The translations under genes were made by a program, and so were the position numbers. This document shows positions 46,515-55,324 of a stretch of DNA of 64,000 nt, piece after piece. This stretch comes from Dehalococcoidia bacterium (GTDB taxonomy: Bacteria > Chloroflexota > Dehalococcoidia > SpSt-223). The notes below the pieces were generated by a model. That model searched no databases, was not told the DNA's origin, and saw only the letters and a program-made list of their open reading frames with translations. The DNA is taken from NCBI GenBank assembly GCA_025054935.1, contig JANWZD010000002.1:338131-402130 (forward strand), given 5' to 3'. How positions within the stretch are numbered: position 1 is the first letter of the stretch; the number at the start of each line of letters is the position of its first letter.

Positions 46515-46943
46515 ATGTCCCCGTCCGACGACCCTGCGCTTGCCCCGGATGAGTCCTCCGAACTCGCTCCCGAGGCGTCTTCTCACCATCGGGCGTCTGC
46601 GGGCGAGAGCCACCCCTCGCGCCCTCGCCACCACAGGACAGGCAAGCTTCGCGTAGGCGACATTCGTCGTCGGATTGCGTACGAACGCCGAGAAGCGCTT
46701 GACACGCGGGAGCCGCTCGCCATCCGGTTTGCGGGCGAACGGTACGAAGTGCTGTCGGAAGTGCTCGCGGACTACAGTGATGACGCCCGGATCGACCCTT
46801 GGGCAGTCACCGTGGGGGTGAGCCAGGCCGCAAAGATGCTGGGGTTCAACGTTCGCGAGGTCCGCTCGCTCATCCGCTTGGGACGTCTTCCCGCGCGCAA
46901 GCAGAAGAATGAGTGGCGAATTCCCCTTGACGCCGTGCTCTGA
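46515..46943 (+). CDS. excisionase-family (MerR-like) helix-turn-helix DNA-binding protein with disordered N-terminus
   Basis: ATG at 46515 (the track ORF starts at 46359). C-terminal VSQAAKMLGFNVREVRSLIRLGRLPARKQKNEWRIPLDAV. TATAAT lies 6 nt upstream of the ATG. Confidence 0.7.
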   Translation: MSPSDDPALAPDESSELAPEASSHHRASAGESHPSRPRHHRTGKLRVGDIRRRIAYERREALDTREPLAIRFAGERYEVLSEVLADYSDDARIDPWAVTVGVSQAAKMLGFNVREVRSLIRLGRLPARKQKNEWRIPLDAVL

Positions 46944-47128
46944 ACTGCCGCCGGCAGCGGTCGGACGCAGGGAGAGTATTTCGTGCTGCGCGTCCGCCCG
47001 TTCCCACCCGAGAAACGCGCAGGAACGGCGCCAGGGTGGGAGGGCAAACAGCCGCGCCGCCTGACGCTGTCGGTGAGAGCAGCGGAGGGGGTGGGCGGTT
47101 TGCGCCGAGAGAAGCGACGGAGAGCGGG

Positions 47129-48112
47129 ATGCCCGCAATTGAGATTGGTCTCAATGAAGACTCGCTTCCCCTTCTCGAGACGCTCGCTATCGCGCGCGAG
47201 GCGCAGCGCCTCGGCTTTAGCGGGTTGTGGACGCCGGAAAACCGCGAACGGAGCGGCTTTGTCGCCTGCGCGTTCTGGGGCAGCCATATCCCCGACCTCC
47301 GCGTTGGCATCGGCGTCCTCCCCGCGCGAGCTCGCTCGCCGCACAGCATTGCGCTCGATGCCTTGACCGTTCAGGAGGTGACCGGCGGGCGTTTCACGCT
47401 CGGTCTCGGCGCTGCAGGCGGGGGACCGGCTTGGGGAACGCCAGCTGACCGCCCGATTGCGGCGATGACCGACTACGTGCGCACCGTTCGCGCCCTCGTC
47501 GCGGGCAAGCGGGTGTTCTATCAGGGGAAGACGATCCAGCTCGCGGGAGATGAGATCGTCATGCCGGGCGTTCCGCCGGTTCCGGTCTTTCTTGGGGCGC
47601 TGGGACCGCAGATGCTGGCCGTCGCGGGACGCTGGGCTGACGGCGTTCTTCTGAACTGGGCCAATGAAGCCCGAGTGCAATTCGCGCGTGAGACGGTGGC
47701 GCGCGCGGCGAGCGCAGTCGGACGCGACCCCTCCTCGGTCACCATCGCCGGCTACATCCGCGTCAGCGTCGACGACGACGAGGAGCGGGCGCGCCAAGCA
47801 GTCGCAAGGCAGACACTCAAGTTCTGGCGCATGCCGCACTACCGAGCGCAGTGGGAAGCGATGGGGTTCGGAGAGGCACGCCGCAAGGCGGAGGAGATCC
47901 TTGCGAGCGACGACCCGTTCACGGCCGCCGCCAGCCTGCCCGACAGCTTTCTGCGGTCGGTATCAGCGTACGGCACGCCGGCGGCGGCGGCGCGCCGCTT
48001 CGCCGAGCTCGCCGCGGGACTAGATATCGCAATCGCTCGTATTGTTCCGGCGCGGCCAGGCCGGGATGGGGTGCTCGCCGTGCTCGACGCGCTGGCGCCC
48101 GCCCGCCAGTGA
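47129..48112 (+). CDS. LLM-class (luciferase-like) flavin/F420-dependent oxidoreductase
   Basis: ATG at 47129 with a GGAGAG SD (the track ORF starts at 47036). Contains LGFSGLWTPE and GRFTLGLGAAG, typical of the LLM family. Confidence 0.85.
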   Translation: MPAIEIGLNEDSLPLLETLAIAREAQRLGFSGLWTPENRERSGFVACAFWGSHIPDLRVGIGVLPARARSPHSIALDALTVQEVTGGRFTLGLGAAGGGPAWGTPADRPIAAMTDYVRTVRALVAGKRVFYQGKTIQLAGDEIVMPGVPPVPVFLGALGPQMLAVAGRWADGVLLNWANEARVQFARETVARAASAVGRDPSSVTIAGYIRVSVDDDEERARQAVARQTLKFWRMPHYRAQWEAMGFGEARRKAEEILASDDPFTAAASLPDSFLRSVSAYGTPAAAARRFAELAAGLDIAIARIVPARPGRDGVLAVLDALAPARQ

Positions 48113-48115
48113 CGG

Positions 48116-48859
48116 TCAGGCGCTGCGCCAGCGAGGAGGCCGTTTTTCTCGGAACGCGGCGATCCCCTCGCGGCGGTCCTCCGTCGCTTCGAGCAGGACG
48201 TACAAGTCTCCCTCCACCTCAAGGGCATGGGCAAGGGGGAGGTCGAGACCGCGCTGGATCGCTTCCTTGGCATAGCGGACGGCGAGCGGCGCTTGGCGCG
48301 CCATCGTCGCGGCGAGCGCGCCTGCGCTCGCTTCAAGCGCATCGTTGGCCACGATCCGGTTGAGCAGTCCGGCTGCCGCAGCGCGGGCAGCGTCGATCGG
48401 CTCGCCGGTCAGCACCATTTCGCTGGCGAGCCCCGGGCCGACCAAGCGGGAGAGCCGCTGGGTTCCCCCCCAGCTCGGAATTCGCCCCACGGTCACTTCC
48501 GGAAAGCCGAGCTGGCAGTCGGGCGTTCCAATGCGGACATCGCAGGCGAGGGCAAGTTCCAGCCCCCCGCCGAGCGCGTAGCCGCGAATTGCGGCGACTG
48601 TCGGCCAGGGAGCGGCAGCAAGACGCTCCACATGCTCCCCGGGGAAGCCCTCGGGCGACTCCTCTAGGTCGAGACCAGAAGAGAAGGACGGTCCCTCCCC
48701 GATCACCACGAGGGCGCGAAGAACGTTTTCCTCCACGAGCGTGTCGAGGAGCGTCACCATCTCCCCGGCAAGGAGCGCATTCTGCGCATTGTGCTTTTCG
48801 GGACGCGCCAGCCAAAGCCAGCCGACGTCCTCGCGGACCTCAAAGCGCAGCGTCCGCAT
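48116..48859 (-). CDS. enoyl-CoA hydratase/isomerase (crotonase) family protein
   Basis: ATG at 48859 (the track ORF extends to 49051). Contains RPEKHNAQN, VVIGEGPSFSSGLDL and GYALGGGLELALACD. Confidence 0.9.
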   Translation of the reverse strand: MRTLRFEVREDVGWLWLARPEKHNAQNALLAGEMVTLLDTLVEENVLRALVVIGEGPSFSSGLDLEESPEGFPGEHVERLAAAPWPTVAAIRGYALGGGLELALACDVRIGTPDCQLGFPEVTVGRIPSWGGTQRLSRLVGPGLASEMVLTGEPIDAARAAAAGLLNRIVANDALEASAGALAATMARQAPLAVRYAKEAIQRGLDLPLAHALEVEGDLYVLLEATEDRREGIAAFREKRPPRWRSA

Positions 48860-49512
48860 CAGGGAGCGGCTCCGAAAATGCGTTCCGCGTGGCGCACGAC
48901 AAGCGGCTTCACCGCATCGATCTCGACAGTGACGCCGAGCTCCTGACTGATCGAGGTCACGCCCCGATCGCGAATGCCGCAGGGAATGATGAGCGCGAAC
49001 CCGGAGAGATCCGGTCCGACGTTGAGCGCGAAGCCGTGGCTTGTCACCCAACGCGACACCTTGATCCCAATTGCGGCGATTTTCCGCTCCCCGACCCAGA
49101 CGCCGGTTCGCCCGTGGACCCGCTCGCCGCGGATGCCAAGCTCAGCGAGGGTGTCGATCAACAACTGTTCGAGGTCACGCAGATAGCGATGAAGGTCACG
49201 GCCGCGCGGAGCGAGGTCGAGGATGGGATATCCCACCAACTGGCCGGGACCGTGGTAGGTGACATCGCCGCCGCGGTCGGTCGCATAGAGAGCGACGCCC
49301 CGCCGAGCAAGCTCACTCTCCGGCAGCAGCACATGCTCGCGGCGCGCTCCCCGCCCGAGCGTGATCGTGGGAGGATGCTCGACGAGGAGCAGCGTATCCT
49401 CTCCGCGGCCGGCCGCCCGCTCGGCAGCGAGGGCGCGCTGGTGCAGAAGGGCGGCGGCGTATTCAAGCTGGCCCAAATCGACAACGCGGAGCGCGCTTGT
49501 GGCAACCGTCAT
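48859..49512 (-). CDS. lipB: octanoyltransferase LipB
   Basis: 217 aa. Contains [32 protein letters not shown] and KIAAIG. Confidence 0.93.
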   Translation of the reverse strand: MTVATSALRVVDLGQLEYAAALLHQRALAAERAAGRGEDTLLLVEHPPTITLGRGARREHVLLPESELARRGVALYATDRGGDVTYHGPGQLVGYPILDLAPRGRDLHRYLRDLEQLLIDTLAELGIRGERVHGRTGVWVGERKIAAIGIKVSRWVTSHGFALNVGPDLSGFALIIPCGIRDRGVTSISQELGVTVEIDAVKPLVVRHAERIFGAAP

Positions 49513-50390
49513 CGTGAGGGCAGGAGGTCGGCGCGCTGCGCTTGTTCGTGGGCATGGTACGAACTGCGGACAAGCGGCCCAGACTCGCAGTGCGCAAAGC
49601 CGAGTGAAAGCGCGTATTCCTTCAGCTCAGCAAACTCATCGGGGTGAACATACCGGTCGACAGGAAGATGCTGGGGGGACGGGCGGAGATACTGGCCGAT
49701 GGTGACAATGTCAACGCCGACAGCGCGGAGATCCCGCAGCGTCTGCCGAACTTCTTCGATCGTTTCGCCCAGCCCCACCATCAGCCCTGACTTTGTCGGC
49801 ACGCTCGGCGCGATCTCCTTGCTCCGAGCGAGCAGCTGGAGCGAGCGCGCGTAGCGTCCGCCCGGCCGTGCCCGCTTGAAAAGCCGGGGCACCGTCTCGA
49901 TGTTGTGGTTGAGGATGTCCGGCAGCTCTTCGAGAACAGTGGCCAGCGCCTCGGCAGAGCCTTTGAAGTCCGGGATGAGCAGTTCGATCGTGCAGCCGGG
50001 ATTAAGCGCTCGAATCCGGCGCACAGTCGCGGCGAAGAGAGAAGCCCCGCCGTCCGGGAGATCGTCGCGCTGGACCGACGTGATGACCGCGTGACGCAAT
50101 CCCATCTTCTTCACCGCGAGAGCGACACGCTGGGGCTCAAAGAGGTCGAGCCCTTGCGGCAGGCCCGTCTCGACAGCACAGTAGGCGCAGGCGCGCGTGC
50201 AGACCCGCCCGAGGATCATGAACGTCGCGGTGCGGTGGCCCCAGCACTCGCCGATGTTCGGACAGTGCGCCTCTTCACAGACCGTGTGAAGGTCCAAGTC
50301 TCGCATCAGCTGTTTCAGCTCTCGGAAGTTCTCGCCAGCGCCGATCCGCACCTTCAGCCACGCCGGCCTTCGGACGAGCGGTGCCTCCAT
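49509..50390 (-). CDS. lipA: lipoyl synthase LipA
   Basis: 293 aa. Cys motifs [12 protein letters not shown] and radical-SAM [16 protein letters not shown]. Confidence 0.96.
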   Translation of the reverse strand: MEAPLVRRPAWLKVRIGAGENFRELKQLMRDLDLHTVCEEAHCPNIGECWGHRTATFMILGRVCTRACAYCAVETGLPQGLDLFEPQRVALAVKKMGLRHAVITSVQRDDLPDGGASLFAATVRRIRALNPGCTIELLIPDFKGSAEALATVLEELPDILNHNIETVPRLFKRARPGGRYARSLQLLARSKEIAPSVPTKSGLMVGLGETIEEVRQTLRDLRAVGVDIVTIGQYLRPSPQHLPVDRYVHPDEFAELKEYALSLGFAHCESGPLVRSSYHAHEQAQRADLLPSR

Positions 50391-50691
50391 CGCAGCTCCT
50401 TCACCCGGTCGATGCTGAAATTCTACCCTACCTTCTCTCCTGCAGCCGGACTGACCGCCCGACCTTCAGCCCCTTCCGCTCTGCTCTAAGGACTCTCTGG
50501 TGAGCGAGCGCGGCTGCGGCAGGCCGCCCCGACAGCGTGAAGGAGACAGCCGAGCAGCCTGATCGATCGTCCAGGGTGATACTCGACCGATGACCAGTCC
50601 GGCCATCCGACAGGGGACGCCACACTCCCCCCTGAACGCGTGCTTTAGCGTCTCCATCCGAACGTCAACTGCCGTCGATTGGAGGTCTGTC

Positions 50692-51207
50692 ATGAACACG
50701 CTTGGACGCGGTTTTCGCCTTCTTGCCGTTGTCATCGCCCTCATCGCCGTTCCAACCGTGCACGCGGCGGGGGAAGAGGCGCTCCAGTGGGCTCCGCCGC
50801 TGGCAGCGCTTGAGCAGGACGCTTCGGCCGCGAGGGTGTGGCCGGGCTGCATTCCCGGCCAGCCAGTGCGCCCAAGCGCTGCGGTCGGGCTCGACGCCGA
50901 GGATCCTGCAGCGCCCAAGGCTGTCGAGATAGAGCCGGCGCAGCCAATTGACGGCGCGCCGCGCGCGCTCGGCACTCCTCGTGGAGGGAGGGAGAGCGCA
51001 ATCATCTGCAGCCCTACCGGAGAATTCCCGTATCCGGTCGACCCATACGCGTACTGGCCGGATTTTGAACTGCTGCGCGGCCGCGTTGAGGAGCGCATCC
51101 GCCCCATCATCTCGCCTCTTCTCCGCCTTGGAAAGGTGGACGAGCAGGGAGCTGAAGAGATCGTCACCGAAGGGCCGATCGCGGTTGGTCCGGAAGAGGA
51201 CGAATAG
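50692..51207 (+). CDS. hypothetical secreted protein
   Basis: ATG at 50692 with a GGAGG SD. Signal peptide MNTLGRGFRLLAVVIALIAVPTVHAAG. Competing antisense ORFs are Arg/Pro-rich shadows. Confidence 0.6.
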   Translation: MNTLGRGFRLLAVVIALIAVPTVHAAGEEALQWAPPLAALEQDASAARVWPGCIPGQPVRPSAAVGLDAEDPAAPKAVEIEPAQPIDGAPRALGTPRGGRESAIICSPTGEFPYPVDPYAYWPDFELLRGRVEERIRPIISPLLRLGKVDEQGAEEIVTEGPIAVGPEEDE

Positions 51208-51306
51208 CATCCCCCCTCGGCGACCTGAGACGCGGGCAGCCGGCACGCCGTCCGGCTCTCCCGAGCTGGGGGCAGATCCGCATCGACATCCCAACGAAGC
51301 AGGATA

Positions 51307-51333
51307 ATGGGGGAGGGCATCTCCCTCCCCCAT
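51307..51333. terminator. strong GC stem-loop (11-bp perfect stem)
   Basis: ATGGGGGAGGG-CATCT-CCCTCCCCCAT, 100 nt after the stop of the secreted-protein gene. No U-tract. Confidence 0.35.
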
Positions 51334-51660
51334 CGCCGTTCCCGCCGCTCTCGTCAGGCTGCACGCGCGCTCGATTTCCCCTGCGTATTCCAACGCTGCG
51401 CCGCCGAGCACCGCACTTTCGATCGGGCTCGGACCGCCGGGCGGCGCCTGTCGGCACGCCGGCTGCCGATTGCCGCCCGTGCCGCTCACGGCGCGGGGAG
51501 CGGCGGAGCCTCCTGCCTGCAGAGAGCCCAGGGGCAGGAGGAGCACGCCGCCAGCACGCAGTTGGACTCCCCGGCTGGGCTCGGTGATACTCTATTCTCC
51601 GGTCTCGCATGATCGTGTCGTGCTTGGAACCGCAACCGACCCGCGTCTGAGGAGAGAACG

Positions 51661-52434
51661 ATGGCCCTGCTTGAGGGAAAAACGGCGCTGGTGACTGGAG
51701 GGGCGAGCGGCATCGGCCGCGCCATCGTCGAGCGCATCGTCCAAGAAGGCGGCAACGCCGCGATCGCGGATATCGACGATGAGAAAGCGAACGACCTGCA
51801 GCGGGCGCTTGGCAACCGCACGATCGCGCTGCGGGTCGATGTGACGGATGCCGCCGCCGTTGCGGACGCGGTCCGCCGAACTGTCGACGCATTCGGGGCG
51901 CTTGACATCATGGTGAACAATGCGGCGATCATGCTTGTGTCGCCGGCGATCGACATCACTCCCGAGCAGTGGCGGCGCGTCATCGATGTCAATCTGACGG
52001 GCGTGTTCCTTGGAGCACAGGCAGCGGCGCGCCAGATGATTGCCCAAGGACGCGGGGGGGTGATCATCAACGCATCGTCTGGAGCGGGACGCCGCGGCTC
52101 GGCATATTTTTCTGCCTACTGTGCTTCTAAAGCCGGCATTATTTCGCTCACCCAGTCGCTCGCGATCGAACTGGCGCCGCACAAAATCCGGGTCAACTGC
52201 TACACGCCCGGACACATCATGACCCCCTTCTGGGACACAATCGCTGAGGGCTATGCTCGGGTGACGAACAGCACCCGGGAGGAGGTGATCGAGCGGTTCC
52301 GGAAGTCGGTGCCGTGGGGCCGGTTCGGCAGGCCGGAAGAGGTGGCGAGCGCGGTTGTCTGGCTTGCGAGCGATGAGGCGGAGTATGTCAGCGGCCAAGC
52401 AATCGCGATGAACGGCGCCGAACTTCCTTGGTAG
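51661..52434 (+). CDS. short-chain dehydrogenase/reductase (FabG/glucose dehydrogenase-like)
   Basis: 257 aa. Motifs ALVTGGASGIGRA, NNAA and YCASKAG. Confidence 0.9.
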   Translation: MALLEGKTALVTGGASGIGRAIVERIVQEGGNAAIADIDDEKANDLQRALGNRTIALRVDVTDAAAVADAVRRTVDAFGALDIMVNNAAIMLVSPAIDITPEQWRRVIDVNLTGVFLGAQAAARQMIAQGRGGVIINASSGAGRRGSAYFSAYCASKAGIISLTQSLAIELAPHKIRVNCYTPGHIMTPFWDTIAEGYARVTNSTREEVIERFRKSVPWGRFGRPEEVASAVVWLASDEAEYVSGQAIAMNGAELPW

Positions 52435-52475
52435 CCCGAGGGAGGGGTATGCTCGGCAGCTCGGGAGGGTGAACG

Positions 52476-54011
52476 ATGACAATGCAAATGCGCGGGTCGA
52501 TGAGTGCCGATATCGCCTCGCTCTGGTCGAAGCCGCGCCGGCCGACCCCGATCGTGACGGGGGAGGACTACCGCGAGTCGCTGCGGGGGCGGAAACTGCG
52601 GGTCTACCTGTTTGGGGAGCGGATCGAGGAGCCGGTCGATCACCCGTTGATCCGGCCCTCTATTAACGCGGTCGCTGCGACCTACGACCTTGCCCTTGCT
52701 CAGCCGGAACTGGCAACCGCTTGGTCGTCGATTGCGGGCCGGCGGGTAAACCGCTTTCTTCAGATCGCCGAGAGCGTTGAGGATGTCGTCGCCCAGAACA
52801 AAATGCAGCGGCGGCTCGGCCAGCTGACCGGCACCTGTTTTCAGCGCTGCGTGGGCATGGACGCGTTCAACGCCCTGTATTCGGTCACCTATGAGTGCGA
52901 TCAAGCGCACGGCACGGAGTATCATCAACGGCTGCGCGAGTTCATCCGCTACTGTCAGGAGGAAAACCTCGTCGTCGGCGGGGCAATGACCGACCCGAAA
53001 GGCGACCGCAGCAAGGGACCGAGTGAGCAGGAAGATCCCGACCTCTTTGTTCGGGTGGTCGAACGCCGCGACGATGGCGTGGTGATCCGGGGCGCGAAGA
53101 TGCACCAGACGGGGTGTATCAACTCGCACTGGATCGTCGTGATGCCGACAATGCGCCTTCGCCCGGAAGACCGCGACTACGCTGTTGTCGCTGCGATCCC
53201 CGTGGAGCACCCGGGCCTCACCTTCATCTACGGCCGTCAATCATGCGACACCCGCGCTCTCGAAGGCGGCGCGATCGATCAAGGCAACGCCCAGTTCTCG
53301 GGACAGGAAGCGATGATCGTCATTGACGATGTCTTCGTGCCCTGGGACTTCGTCTTCCTCAACGGGGAAACCGAGTGGGCAGCGCCGCTTGTCGAACGGT
53401 TTACGGCCTTCCATCGCCGCAGCTACGTCTGCAAGACCGGCCTCGGCGATGTCTTGATTGGCGCAGCCGCCCAGATCGCCGAGTACAACGGGGTCGCCAA
53501 CGCCTCGCACATCCGGGAAAAACTGGTCGAGATGGCGCACCTGAACGAGACGATTTACGGGGCGGGTATCGCTTCGTCATACGAGTCGAAGCCGACCGCG
53601 GCGGGAAATTACCAGAATGACGACCTGCTGGCGAATGTCTGCAAGCACAACGTCACCCGTTTTCCTTATGAACTGGCGCGCCTCGCCCAGGACCTCGCCG
53701 GCGGGCTGGTTGCCACCCTGCCGTCGGAGCGCGACTTCGCTAATCCGGAGACTGGCCCGCTCCTGCGGAAGTATCTCAAGGGGCGCCCCGGGGTCGCCGT
53801 GGAGGACCGGGTCCGGATCTTGCGCCTGATCGAAAATATGACGCTCGGCCGGAATGCTGTCGGCTACTTGACCGAGTCGCTGCACGGCGCGGGGTCGCCG
53901 CAGGCGCAGCGGATTCAGATCCAGCGCGCGCTCAATCTCGAGGAAAAGAAAGCGCTGGCGCGGCGCCTTGCCGGCATCGAGGACAGCGCCGAGCACCAGC
54001 CGGGAACATAG
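52476..54011 (+). CDS. 4-hydroxybutyryl-CoA dehydratase / 4-hydroxyphenylacetate 3-hydroxylase (AbfD/HpaB) family protein
   Basis: 511 aa with a GGGAGGG SD. Acyl-CoA-dehydrogenase-like fold sequence. C-x3-C (TGTCFQRCVGMD) and downstream FHRRSYVCK favour the AbfD-like Fe-S branch. Confidence 0.8.
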   Translation: MTMQMRGSMSADIASLWSKPRRPTPIVTGEDYRESLRGRKLRVYLFGERIEEPVDHPLIRPSINAVAATYDLALAQPELATAWSSIAGRRVNRFLQIAESVEDVVAQNKMQRRLGQLTGTCFQRCVGMDAFNALYSVTYECDQAHGTEYHQRLREFIRYCQEENLVVGGAMTDPKGDRSKGPSEQEDPDLFVRVVERRDDGVVIRGAKMHQTGCINSHWIVVMPTMRLRPEDRDYAVVAAIPVEHPGLTFIYGRQSCDTRALEGGAIDQGNAQFSGQEAMIVIDDVFVPWDFVFLNGETEWAAPLVERFTAFHRRSYVCKTGLGDVLIGAAAQIAEYNGVANASHIREKLVEMAHLNETIYGAGIASSYESKPTAAGNYQNDDLLANVCKHNVTRFPYELARLAQDLAGGLVATLPSERDFANPETGPLLRKYLKGRPGVAVEDRVRILRLIENMTLGRNAVGYLTESLHGAGSPQAQRIQIQRALNLEEKKALARRLAGIEDSAEHQPGT

Positions 54012-54029
54012 CGCTCCGCGTGCAGGACT

Positions 54030-54059
54030 GCCGCGCTCGGAAAGCACCGCGAGCGCGGC
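54030..54059 (+). terminator. stem-loop after the AbfD-like gene
   Basis: GCCGCGCTCG-(10 nt loop)-CGAGCGCGGC, a 10-bp stem 19 nt after the stop codon. Confidence 0.45.
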
Positions 54060-54524
54060 GGCCGTTGTCCCGCAGTGGGCTGCCGACAGACGTTTCGCCT
54101 GCTGTGCCCTGCCGCCGCGGGCGGGACAGGCTGCCGTTTCCAAGATCACCGCGCTAGCCGGCAGTGGCAAATCATCTTGTCTGACGGCAGCGCTGCTTCC
54201 GCCACCCTCGTCTCCCGTTCGGCGCAGATTGCGCCCTCTCCGCGGACAGAACAGCCGGCGCGCCGTTGCGGCGGCCCCTCCTTGGGCGGAGCACGCCGAC
54301 TGGACCATCGTTCCGGCCGGGCAGGCGCCTGCGGAGAGGGCATCGGAGAAGCGCCCGCGAGAGCAGGGAAGCCGGTACGGCGTCAGCGGCTCACTGTGTT
54401 GATCGCCGCGAGGGAGGGGAAGCAGCGCAGAGACGGCTGCGCGTCGAAGAACGCGCCTCTCGAGCGCGCCCGGCGGTCGTCGGCATCCTGCGTCCGAACA
54501 GGCTACACTGCGCGCGGGGAGGAC

Positions 54525-55268
54525 ATGATGAACCTTGAAGGCGCGGTTGCTCTGGTCACCGGTGCCTCGGGCGGGATCGGGGAAGCGCTCGCAGTTGATC
54601 TCCAAGCCGAGGGGGCAAGCGTGGTGCTTTTCGCCCGCCGCGAAGCTGAACTGAAGCGGGTGCTCGGTCGCTTGGACGCCGACCGAGCGGCGATTGTCGT
54701 CGGCGATGTCGCGGTGCGCGCGGATATCGAACGCGCTGTGCAGGTTGCCGAGGAGCGTTTCGGCGGGCTCGACCTGCTGATCAACAACGCCGGCGTCGCC
54801 GTCGTCGCCCGGATTAGCGATGTGCCGATCGAGCTGCTCGACCGCGGCTGGCGCACGAATGTGCTCGGCCCGATCCTCGCCGTCCAAGCAGCGACGCCGG
54901 CATTGCGCCGGCGCGGCGGAGGCATGATTGTCAACATTTCGTCGGGGATGTCGCTTCGTCCCTCGGCAACGATGGGGATCTATTCGATGACCAAGGCGGC
55001 CCTCAATGTGATCTCGGCCTCGCTGCGGGTGGAGCTTGCAGAGGACAACATCCGGGTGATGACGGTCTTTCCGGGACTGATCGCGAATGATTTCGGCCGG
55101 AATTCACTGGCAGCCGACGAACGCCTCGTCGCTGACCGTCGGGCAACCTCGCGCACGCGTTCGAGCAGGACCTCTGAGGATGCCTCGCGGGATATCATCG
55201 CCGCGATCAAGGCAGACCAGAACGTCTTTCGGGCGAACCCGGAGCAATCGCTGGAGGTCCCCCTTTAG
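54525..55268 (+). CDS. short-chain dehydrogenase/reductase
   Basis: ATG at 54525 with a GGGGAGGA SD (the track ORF starts at 54075). Motifs ALVTGASGGIGEA, NNAG and YSMTKAA. Confidence 0.9.
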   Translation: MMNLEGAVALVTGASGGIGEALAVDLQAEGASVVLFARREAELKRVLGRLDADRAAIVVGDVAVRADIERAVQVAEERFGGLDLLINNAGVAVVARISDVPIELLDRGWRTNVLGPILAVQAATPALRRRGGGMIVNISSGMSLRPSATMGIYSMTKAALNVISASLRVELAEDNIRVMTVFPGLIANDFGRNSLAADERLVADRRATSRTRSSRTSEDASRDIIAAIKADQNVFRANPEQSLEVPL

Positions 55269-55324
55269 CGCGTTGACGCTGGACGCGGCGCGTCACTACC
55301 CTACACGGTGAGGGGAGAGACGCC

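Noticed and set aside
46515-46943. Excisionase-type HTH as a marker of a prophage or integrative element.
   Set aside because: There is no integrase, no other phage or plasmid genes, no flanking tRNA-associated att repeats, and no compositional shift visible by eye. It is more likely a stand-alone MerR-like regulator.
50466-51546. 284-aa and 293-aa minus-strand ORFs overlapping the secreted-protein gene.
   Set aside because: Their translations are low-complexity Arg/Pro/Ser-rich. The plus-strand ORF has an SD, ATG and a clear signal peptide.
53968-54402. 144-aa plus-strand ORF and other ORFs inside the 54.0-54.5 kb gap.
   Set aside because: The composition is Ala/Ser/Pro/Arg-rich with no SD. 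It overlaps the AbfD-like gene end and its terminator hairpin, so I treat the region as non-coding.
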